Shown here piece after piece: positions 27,508 to 35,212 of a stretch of 64,000 nt of DNA. The notes beneath the pieces are model-generated. The model worked only from the letters and a program-made list of their open reading frames with translations, did no database searches and was not told where the DNA came from. Source of the stretch: a virus; IMG/VR virus record IMGVR_UViG_3300007276_000043, positions 1-64,000 of that record. The stretch is one strand, 5' to 3'. The position numbers and the translations under genes were made by a program. Position 1 is the first letter of the stretch; every line of letters begins with the position of its first letter.

Positions 27508-29721
27508 CTAGAAGACTCTCCATGCATCAGCAGCAATATATACCAATTCAACAGCAGCGAATGGTGATTCTAAACGGATTGAGGCTTGACCATCAATTGT
27601 TTGAGAACCTGCTTTGTTGATTGTGATATAACGAGCAGCAGAACAGTCGCTTGGAGCCTTAACTTTAACAGATTGTCCAACAGTTGGAGAAGCTGGAAGA
27701 GTTACAGCATCTTCACCATCAGCACTCATATCAGAGAAGTAGTTAACTCCAACAACAAGAGTACCAGCAGCGGCGACATTCTGAACAACAGCAGCAGCAT
27801 CAGACATGTATACTTTGAGGCTATCAAGACCAACTTTCTTAAGTGTTCCACCGTCAGAGATCATCATCTCATCAGCATCAACAACAGCACCAGAAGCCAA
27901 TTCAGTTTGACCAGAAATAACATTGTCATTAAGCATAGAACCTTCAACTGCGTCAGCAGCGATAGTTAAAGCACCAGCAGAGCTAACAGTAGCATCGCCA
28001 GAGAACTTAGCATAAGCATACTCAGCAATCTTAAGAATGTTAGTTTGCTTCATTGTTCCAGCATCATTGTGCAAGAAACCATCACCATCAGCAAGAGCAG
28101 GTGTTTCAACAGAAGACGCACCATCAAGGAGGGCGAATTCAGCAGCAGTAACAGCAGCAGAAGCATCTGTTGCAGCAGTAGCCAAAGCTGGGATGAAGTA
28201 AGAACCAGCACTCAAAGTTGGCAAACTAAGAGTGGTATCAGCACCCGGAGTTGCACAAGTAAGAATTGTTTCGTGATCGTCAGCCGGACCTTCAAAAGTG
28301 AAAGAACTTGTGATCTCGATTGTAGTAGAATTAATGCTAGTAAGAGCACCGTTTACAGTCAAGTTACCACCAACGACAACTGGACCACTGAAAGTAGCGA
28401 TATCATCAGATTGGTTACCAATAGTGAAGTTACCACCCATATCAACATTTGTAGCGATTTTATTAAAATCGATAGCAGCATTTGAAGCAACAGAGGCATT
28501 AACGACAGCATTTGCAGCCAATTCGTCAGCACCAACAGCATCATCAGCAATCATGCTGTTTTCAACTGCTTGAGCAGCGATAGTTAAAGCACCACCAGCA
28601 GCGATAGTAGCATCACCAGAGATGTTACCAAAGATAGCATCTTCAAGATCTGAGAAAGTGATTGATTTAAGAGCATTAGAATCATCAATATCACCAGCAT
28701 ACATCAAGTCGCCTTGTGCAAGGTCACTCAAAGAAGAAGCCAAAGAACCACCATCAAGCTTGTCCATGTCGATTGCAGCATTTGCAGCAATAGAAGCATT
28801 AACAACAGCGTTTGCAGCCAATTCGTCAGCACCGACAGCATCGTCAGCTAACATAGCATTTGAGATACCACCTGCTTTAACACGAACAGCATCGGAGAAT
28901 AATTCGATAGAAGAATCATCAACACCAACAGCCAAAACACCAGCAGAAGCAGCGAGACCGTTACCAGCAACGAGAGCCATAATGTCAGCGACAGTATCAG
29001 CTTTTAAGTTACCATTGTCGTTTTGATCTTTAAAATAAAGAGCATCGTTAGCAAGGCTAATAGTAGCGTCTAAGTTAGCATCAAATCTAACAGCACCGTT
29101 TGTTACCAAAGCAGCACCACCAGAGCCAGAAATCAAAACATCAGCAGAAGCTGTGATTTCAGCAAAAGAAGCATTGTTACCTTGGAAGTTACCAGCAGAA
29201 CTAATAATATTGTTTCCACCTAAATCGTATGAAGTAGCATTAACTTCACCGCTTGAACCGTAAATAACAGCTTTGCTGTTAACGATTGTGTCGGCGGCTG
29301 CGCCGTCAAGCAAGTTTAATTCAGCAGCAGTTGATGAAACAGCACCGTCAGCCAATTGAAGACCGCCAGTTTTACCGATAATGAAGTCAAGATCGTTAGC
29401 GATTGTGATATCAGCACCCGGATCCAAAAGGATCATGTCAGAGTCTGAATCTGTACCGATGTATGAGTCGTCATCAATCTTCAAAGATTTCATAGCGACA
29501 TCACCGTCAGCATCGACAGCGAAACCAGACATAGTAATAGTGCCCATTGTAAGGTCACCAGAACCGTCGATGGAAGTAGCACCAGCGATTGCGCCAGCGT
29601 TTGTAACTCCACCTGATTGTAAGTTCAATGAATCAGCGGTAAGTGCGTCAACTTCAGCAGCACCTTCCTGAACCAAAGAACCAGATGCAGTGTATGCACC
29701 TAATTGAAATTTATAAGCCAT
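27508..29721 (-). CDS. Large acidic Ala-rich fibre-like protein with internal repeats (737 aa)
   Basis: Repeats M(L/I)ADDAVGADELAANAVVNAS and SGDAT..AGALTIAA; C-terminal TLPASP...QTIDG..SIRLESPFAAV; strong SD AGGAGG. Confidence 0.7.
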   Translation of the reverse strand: MAYKFQLGAYTASGSLVQEGAAEVDALTADSLNLQSGGVTNAGAIAGATSIDGSGDLTMGTITMSGFAVDADGDVAMKSLKIDDDSYIGTDSDSDMILLDPGADITIANDLDFIIGKTGGLQLADGAVSSTAAELNLLDGAAADTIVNSKAVIYGSSGEVNATSYDLGGNNIISSAGNFQGNNASFAEITASADVLISGSGGAALVTNGAVRFDANLDATISLANDALYFKDQNDNGNLKADTVADIMALVAGNGLAASAGVLAVGVDDSSIELFSDAVRVKAGGISNAMLADDAVGADELAANAVVNASIAANAAIDMDKLDGGSLASSLSDLAQGDLMYAGDIDDSNALKSITFSDLEDAIFGNISGDATIAAGGALTIAAQAVENSMIADDAVGADELAANAVVNASVASNAAIDFNKIATNVDMGGNFTIGNQSDDIATFSGPVVVGGNLTVNGALTSINSTTIEITSSFTFEGPADDHETILTCATPGADTTLSLPTLSAGSYFIPALATAATDASAAVTAAEFALLDGASSVETPALADGDGFLHNDAGTMKQTNILKIAEYAYAKFSGDATVSSAGALTIAADAVEGSMLNDNVISGQTELASGAVVDADEMMISDGGTLKKVGLDSLKVYMSDAAAVVQNVAAAGTLVVGVNYFSDMSADGEDAVTLPASPTVGQSVKVKAPSDCSAARYITINKAGSQTIDGQASIRLESPFAAVELVYIAADAWRVF

Positions 29722-29851
29722 ATATATTTCCTCCTAAATATAGCATGAGGTAAGGCACGTCAAGCAAAGCAAGACGCACCAATCCCCTCAACTTAACTAG
29801 GGAGCAGCAAGTCGTTTAGAACAAAAAAAATAATATATTTTTATATCTCAA

Positions 29852-30625
29852 TTAGAAGATAAAATATTTGTCCGATCCATTGCTGTAAACATTAACTGCG
29901 GCAAATGGGCTTTCTAATCTGATGCTTGAATAATCATCAATTTTTTGAGATCCCGAAGCAAGAATAAGAATTGTGTGTGTTCCTGCTGTTCCGTTCTCGT
30001 CTTTAAATATAAGTGCTTGACCGCTTGATAAAGCAGAGGCAGGCGGCAATCTTATATCTAAATTTGTTGATGCGGAAATTCCGATAAAATAATCTGTTGC
30101 GGAGGCTGTTATTGTAGAAGATATCTGGCGGCGTTTTAATATAAGACCAGATTGTATATTTAAAACATTTCCATCAAATGTAAGATTTGCCTCTCCATCA
30201 AGATCAGTTGTTGCGGAACCTATAGTAACAAGGCGGTTTGTTGCATTGTTATTTAAGGCCGTAATTGCACCGCCTTGGGTTAAAATAACATTGTTATTTG
30301 AATCCAGACCAAGAACACTAGAAGTTGTTGCTGTTGTTCCTTGTGCAAGCCCCGTGAAGTTCATACCCGAAGAGGCTGATAATCTAGATAAAGATAAGGT
30401 GTCGGTATTAGGATTGAAGGTGAATGTAGTATCGCCTTCTAAGTGTGTTTCTCCTGATACGGATTTGTAGTATGGTATAACACCACCGGCTGATTCTCCA
30501 AAAAGATCAAACTGTTTTACATTTTCTAAATTTGTTCCATCTCCACCGAAAGAACCAGTGAAAGAGCCAGAGCCAATAAAACCAGATACAGAAGAAACAC
30601 TACCAGATAATACATTGTAGCCCAT
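29852..30625 (-). CDS. Fibre-array paralog (257 aa)
   Basis: MGYNVLSGSV; ALNN...RLVTIGS..T.LDGEANLTF shared with 22219..24051; C-terminal IFKDE.G...SIRLESPFAAV. Confidence 0.65.
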   Translation of the reverse strand: MGYNVLSGSVSSVSGFIGSGSFTGSFGGDGTNLENVKQFDLFGESAGGVIPYYKSVSGETHLEGDTTFTFNPNTDTLSLSRLSASSGMNFTGLAQGTTATTSSVLGLDSNNNVILTQGGAITALNNNATNRLVTIGSATTDLDGEANLTFDGNVLNIQSGLILKRRQISSTITASATDYFIGISASTNLDIRLPPASALSSGQALIFKDENGTAGTHTILILASGSQKIDDYSSIRLESPFAAVNVYSNGSDKYFIF

Positions 30626-30642
30626 TCAAGTTTCCCCCTATA

Positions 30643-31254
30643 TCAATAAATAAACCATTTTGATATGCCGTTACTATAAATAGTCAAAGCTGGGCTATCG
30701 CCAGAAAGAGAATAGGCTGATTGACCATCTATTGTTTCTCCACCGGATGCAGAGACCGCTATTTGATTAGAACTTGCTCTGGTTGAAGTAGTTTCATCCT
30801 TGATTATTAAAGTTTTACCAGCACCTGCGACTGAAGCTGAAGGAATCGTCAATGAAACATATGATGTTGATGTAATGCCAACTATGGAGTCATATGTATT
30901 CAAGCTGTAAGAAGTTGATGCAGAAGAAGAGTAGTGTTGATTGAGTCCACCAGAAATTATAGATATTGAGCCAGTGAACACATGAGTGTCGCCTGAATCA
31001 TCTCCAAAGCGCGTACTTCCGCTTATGTCTATTTCGGTTTTAGTTGTAGTGATAACATCAAAAACATTTGCCCTAAGTGTTCCACTTATATCCATATTTC
31101 CACTAAGAACTAAAAAATCACTAGTGTAATCATACATCAAGTTAGAGCTACCAGAAATTTCCCCTAGAGAGCCACTCGCAAATTGAAGAGACTGGTCTGG
31201 TCCTTTTGCTGGTTTTTGTGCGTCTGTAATATGTACCCAACCAAATTTACCCAT
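30643..31254 (-). CDS. Fibre-array paralog (203 aa)
   Basis: ISGSTRFGDDSGDTHVFTGS; C-terminal LIIKDE...GETIDG...YSNGISKWFIY. Confidence 0.65.
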   Translation of the reverse strand: MGKFGWVHITDAQKPAKGPDQSLQFASGSLGEISGSSNLMYDYTSDFLVLSGNMDISGTLRANVFDVITTTKTEIDISGSTRFGDDSGDTHVFTGSISIISGGLNQHYSSSASTSYSLNTYDSIVGITSTSYVSLTIPSASVAGAGKTLIIKDETTSTRASSNQIAVSASGGETIDGQSAYSLSGDSPALTIYSNGISKWFIY

Positions 31255-31266
31255 TAAATAATCCTA

Positions 31267-31719
31267 CTAAAAAGTGCTACACGCAGCGAAAGCTCTCGTA
31301 TGTGCAGTGCTACGAACAAATGCAACTCGATCAACTCCAACAATTTCATATGTTCGATATTCTCTCTCATCTGGAGTTATATCGGCAGGGTCTGCATGGC
31401 CTGAGTCAGCAGGGGCCGGAATAGTAATGGCGGTGGGGGCAGTGTTAGTACCAACCGGTTGAAATGACTGCGGAAGTTCAAACCATCTTTGAAAAGCGTG
31501 GGTGTAACCATATACCTTTACGGTTCCCGGTGTACCACCATTATTGTCTTCAGTTAGAACATGAAGGTATCTTTGATTTTCAGTGGCATACCCTGTGGTT
31601 GTTGCCGTAACACCTAACAAGTCACCCGCAACACTAAATGTAACTTCAGTTGATGGTGGGCCTGCTAAATTTTTTGGGCCTCTTGTCCTTCCCCAGCTTG
31701 CTGCCTTATATACTGACAT
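31267..31719 (-). CDS. Hypothetical virion-module protein (150 aa)
   Basis: ORF with SD AGGAG and late-type motif; first gene of the array. Confidence 0.6.
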   Translation of the reverse strand: MSVYKAASWGRTRGPKNLAGPPSTEVTFSVAGDLLGVTATTTGYATENQRYLHVLTEDNNGGTPGTVKVYGYTHAFQRWFELPQSFQPVGTNTAPTAITIPAPADSGHADPADITPDEREYRTYEIVGVDRVAFVRSTAHTRAFAACSTF

Positions 31720-31748
31720 TTGTTCTCTCCTATAATACTATTTACAAA

Positions 31749-31964
31749 CTAAATAGTTCGTTTCCTTTGTTTTGCTAACTCTTTTCGGCGTCTTGCATCT
31801 GATCGTTTCTTGGCTTTTCTTTTTCTTTCCGAGGGCTTGATATAGTGGCGACGTTCTTTGGCCTCATCAATGATACCCAATTTCTTAACTTTTTTATTAA
31901 ATCTTTTTATTACTCTCTCGATGTTTTCATTCTTTCGAGGTTTTACTTTATAATTACAAGCCAT
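31749..31964 (-). CDS. rpsU: Ribosomal protein bS21 homolog
   Basis: VKPRKNENIERVIKRFNKKVKKLGIIDEAKERRHYIKPSERKRKAKK matches the S21 pattern E..E.AL(K/R)RF.......G...E...R..Y.KPS..R. Confidence 0.9.
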   Translation of the reverse strand: MACNYKVKPRKNENIERVIKRFNKKVKKLGIIDEAKERRHYIKPSERKRKAKKRSDARRRKELAKQRKRTI

Positions 31965-31965
31965 G

Positions 31966-32388
31966 TTATTTACCTACTACCTTTTTCCAATTGTGTGCGG
32001 ATCCCATTAAAGAACTGATGTCAACACCGGGATCACTTGGTGCTATATCGCTCAGAGGTCCTTGTGTCTGTGGTTGCCCTGGGGATGGGCCTGCTCTTGT
32101 CGGTGTTGTCCCCTCAAATACATTTACACCGTTATAAGCATCCGTTCCAATAGAATCAAGAAGCTTTCGTTTTTGTTCCAATAGCCGCTTTCTTTTAGCT
32201 TCTTGGGCTGCTGAGTTATCTATCTGTGGTTTTTGTTTGGGTTGTTTTGTTTCAACAATACGAGTACTAGCAGTGCCTTTCATAACCTCTGCTATCACTG
32301 TTGATAGAATGCCCTCTTCTAGCAATACTTCATTGATACATTGTTTTACTAAAGGTTTGAGAACCTTTTTCAATTCGTCTTTATTCAT
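31966..32388 (-). CDS. Hypothetical protein (140 aa), head module
   Basis: MNKDELKKVLKPLVKQCINEVLLEE leader; between protease and bS21. Confidence 0.65.
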   Translation of the reverse strand: MNKDELKKVLKPLVKQCINEVLLEEGILSTVIAEVMKGTASTRIVETKQPKQKPQIDNSAAQEAKRKRLLEQKRKLLDSIGTDAYNGVNVFEGTTPTRAGPSPGQPQTQGPLSDIAPSDPGVDISSLMGSAHNWKKVVGK

Positions 32389-32400
32389 TATTGCCTCAGA

Positions 32401-33024
32401 TTAGTCTTTTAAAATCTTTTTAAATAAGTCTCCGATAATTTCGGTCTTATTTTCATTAATTTTCTTCTCATAAATAGAAGTGGAGATACTTTTTGGTTTA
32501 TTATCGGGATAAATATAAGCATCAGGTGTTGAAGGTTCAGATACAATATCAAAACAAATTAGTTCAAAATCTTCTTGAACCATAGAAGCACCCATTTGTT
32601 CTTGGACGGAACCCATACCTCTTGACGAGATACCAAGCTTAACACCGGAGTTAACAAGGTCTTTTACAACTTTGCCTGATGGTGTGTCCAAAATTTTGAT
32701 CTTTCCGATAACATCGTTACCATCCCACCAAATATCGGTAATTAAATGAGATACATTACGAAGATTAATAACTGAATCGTCTGGGTGATCTAGTTCTCCT
32801 AATGCTCTGTTGTCTTTTACAACATTCTCATATTTTTGTATTTCTCTTCTCAAAACATTACAGGGGTAGATTCTACCATTACCATTCTTCTTCTCGCAAG
32901 TTTGAATGCGACCGGAAAGATAAAGGGCACCATCGGCAACTTCCTTTTTCTCTCTTTCGGTTAAAAGATCTTGGCAGATTCCGTCTTTACATAATTCATA
33001 AAATTCTGTTAAAAGTTTTTTCAT
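32401..33024 (-). CDS. Prohead core protease (T4 gp21-like)
   Basis: KNGNGRIYP, ALGELDHP, VSHLI, ILDTPSG, LGISSRGMGS, FDIVSEPSTPDA. Confidence 0.93.
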   Translation of the reverse strand: MKKLLTEFYELCKDGICQDLLTEREKKEVADGALYLSGRIQTCEKKNGNGRIYPCNVLRREIQKYENVVKDNRALGELDHPDDSVINLRNVSHLITDIWWDGNDVIGKIKILDTPSGKVVKDLVNSGVKLGISSRGMGSVQEQMGASMVQEDFELICFDIVSEPSTPDAYIYPDNKPKSISTSIYEKKINENKTEIIGDLFKKILKD

Positions 33025-33035
33025 TAGTTTGTCCC

Positions 33036-33314
33036 TTAGTTAGCAGGTATATTCATTTTCTTTGCTTTTTTATAAACAAGATCAAGCCCATCCATATCTT
33101 TCTTTTTTGCCATATTATGTATCATTTCCATTTCACCATCTGGACCATATTGATATCTTGTTAAAAGAACTCCAACAATATCATCACGACCAATTGCTTT
33201 TAAATCGGCTTTCAATTGTTCCATTTCTTTTGAATTCCACTCATATGAACCTTCTCGTAATGAGTTTAATTCTTCTTTAATAATCTCTATCAATCTTTCT
33301 TTTGTAATCTTCAT
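33036..33314 (-). CDS. Small protein with MKITKERLIEIIKEEL leader
   Basis: ORF with SD AAGGA; leader shared with other small proteins in the window. Confidence 0.65.
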   Translation of the reverse strand: MKITKERLIEIIKEELNSLREGSYEWNSKEMEQLKADLKAIGRDDIVGVLLTRYQYGPDGEMEMIHNMAKKKDMDGLDLVYKKAKKMNIPAN

Positions 33315-33330
33315 TATTATAATTCCTTAA

Positions 33331-33356
33331 AAAATAAAAAACGGGCGCAACCCGTT
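33331..33356 (-). terminator. Rho-independent terminator
   Basis: mRNA AACGGG-UUGCG-CCCGUU followed by UUUUAUUUUU. Confidence 0.75.
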
Positions 33357-33360
33357 CGAG

Positions 33361-33420
33361 TTAGGATCCAGAACAGCAGCGACGAACTGGTTGAAGCATC
33401 CATTTAGTTGTCCAAGTCAT
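33361..33420 (-). CDS. Putative 19-aa microprotein MTWTTKWMLQPVRRCCSGS (not in ORF track)
   Basis: ATG overlaps the upstream TGA (ATGA), is preceded by AGGAGAGGA, and the stop is followed directly by a terminator. Confidence 0.55.
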   Translation of the reverse strand: MTWTTKWMLQPVRRCCSGS

Positions 33421-33794
33421 TTGTCCTCTCCTGTTTTGTTAATTTTTAAACCACCATCATTAATTAGCATAGATAATATGTATGAAGTTCCCGAAGCAAC
33501 CCAGCCACATATAAACATATTTCCAATGGAGTATTTGAAAGTAAATAGTTCTGTCCATCCGTTTATGAAAAACAAAAACATTCCTACCCAAAATCCCATA
33601 CACATGGCACAATTCGCCATATATCCAATAAGACCGTATTGGTCTCTCCGGGGGCGGATTTTTTCAAATATTTTAGAATAAACTAAAATCTGTGTTAGTC
33701 CGTATGCGGCTAAAATAAACCAAATCATTCCCATATCAAACTCTACCATATTAAGATCGTCTGCGATGTTTATATTGCTACTATCAATATTCAT
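33417..33794 (-). CDS. Small membrane protein with CxxCxGFW motif (DUF1360-like)
   Basis: FILAAYGLTQILVYSKIF..IR...CAMCMGFWVG, three hydrophobic segments. Confidence 0.6.
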   Translation of the reverse strand: MNIDSSNINIADDLNMVEFDMGMIWFILAAYGLTQILVYSKIFEKIRPRRDQYGLIGYMANCAMCMGFWVGMFLFFINGWTELFTFKYSIGNMFICGWVASGTSYILSMLINDGGLKINKTGEDK

Positions 33795-33797
33795 TTT

Positions 33798-34388
33798 CTA
33801 CTCATATGAATACCGACCATAAATATAAGACCCAAATACATCGCTTTGAGGTATTGACCCTTTTTCAGTTTCTTGTGGAACTTCGCCGAGTTCAGTTGAA
33901 TTTGCAGCATCAGGGTCAAGCAACGCATCATCCATCATATCGTCGTATGCTTCCATTGCTTTAAAGTATGGTCGCTCTCCGTCCATCCATTGGCTGATTT
34001 CATATAAAGAAGCTTTGACCGAATCAAGCTCTGTTGATTCTAAAATTTTAGCCTCAAGGGACCCGTAGACATTACCGCCTTGAATTGAATCAAAAGCAAC
34101 AACACCCTTTTTCTTGAGGTGATCAAATAGTCGGCTCTCTGCTCCATAAACCACTTCGGACATTAAATCTTTAGCAAAGGCAACAATCTTATTTGATTCA
34201 AGCATAACAACGATATCAATATCAGCATGATCAAAGATCATTAAGTCGCCGTTCAGAGCCCTTCGCATATTTAATTTAAATTCCAGCATTTGTCTATTGG
34301 GATCAACGATCTTAATATTAACCGTCTCGTTTGCTGGCTGTTCGATTGGTTCTGGGGTAGGATCGGTAATATTTACTTTAATAGCCAT
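33798..34388 (-). CDS. Hypothetical protein (196 aa), head module
   Basis: Tight operon context; STELGEVP C-terminal motif. Confidence 0.6.
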   Translation of the reverse strand: MAIKVNITDPTPEPIEQPANETVNIKIVDPNRQMLEFKLNMRRALNGDLMIFDHADIDIVVMLESNKIVAFAKDLMSEVVYGAESRLFDHLKKKGVVAFDSIQGGNVYGSLEAKILESTELDSVKASLYEISQWMDGERPYFKAMEAYDDMMDDALLDPDAANSTELGEVPQETEKGSIPQSDVFGSYIYGRYSYE

Positions 34389-35212
34389 TATTCGAGCACC
34401 TCAGAAACAAAATCTTGAATATAAAATACTTCTTTTACCAATTCTTCGGTAATTGGAGTTTTCTTATAATTTTCAAGCTTCTCAAGAATTCTTTGAGTAT
34501 TATTATAGAATTCTTTATTATTTTTAATTTTATCTGTCTCGGAACATTTTGAGACTTGTTCCTTGAGTCGGGCCACTTCTTCGTTCAAAAACGATTTAAG
34601 ACCAAGGCCGTTATCTGAGAAAGATGTGATATAGTTTGTTAAGAGATCCTTTTGTTCTTTACGAAGGGTATTATCATAAGTTTCATTAAATTTGTTAACG
34701 AATGTCTTATACTCCAAACTATCAATATGTTTCATTTCTTGCTTTTCTTCTGTCTTTGTAGAAGCAAGCATTCCAACGACTCTTTGTTCCAAAATCAAAC
34801 GAGTTTTAGCATTAGCACCCTCTGAATTGAAATACTGATACAAAGATCCGATGTTCTTATAATTTGATATAAAGTTTGAGAAAACAGCATTAGAATAAGA
34901 TTCGTTGATCTCTTTAATTAAAGCGGTCTGTTGGTTGAAGATTTCTTTCTTATCAAGATTATTGAAATCTTTTTTGACCTCAAACAAAAATCTTTGAGAA
35001 AGATTCGGAGACATTACTTCTGCTTCTAATACAGATTTGTAGATTTCCAATTCTTTTTTAAGCGGAGAACCAGCATTAAAATATTTTTTAATGGTCTCCA
35101 GCACTTTTTGTTTTTTCTCTTCTTGTCCTCGGACAATTGCTTTTGTTAATTCTGTGATTAATGATTCGTAAAGAAAAGCGGTATTTCTTTTCTTATTGTG
35201 TCTTACTCTCAT
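34388..35212 (-). CDS. Hypothetical helical protein downstream of portal (possible prohead core component)
   Basis: MRVRHNKKRNTAFLYESL; position between portal and protease. Confidence 0.6.
   Translation of the reverse strand: MRVRHNKKRNTAFLYESLITELTKAIVRGQEEKKQKVLETIKKYFNAGSPLKKELEIYKSVLEAEVMSPNLSQRFLFEVKKDFNNLDKKEIFNQQTALIKEINESYSNAVFSNFISNYKNIGSLYQYFNSEGANAKTRLILEQRVVGMLASTKTEEKQEMKHIDSLEYKTFVNKFNETYDNTLRKEQKDLLTNYITSFSDNGLGLKSFLNEEVARLKEQVSKCSETDKIKNNKEFYNNTQRILEKLENYKKTPITEELVKEVFYIQDFVSEVLE

Noticed and set aside
27586-29671. Run of plus-strand ORFs opposite the fibre gene, and similar plus-strand ORFs throughout the window
   Set aside because: Antisense shadows of biased codon use, with no SD, motifs or operon logic.
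33542-33549. ACTATTTA copy inside the DUF1360-like gene
   Set aside because: About 120 nt from the next start, outside the usual spacing. It may be chance in AT-rich DNA.
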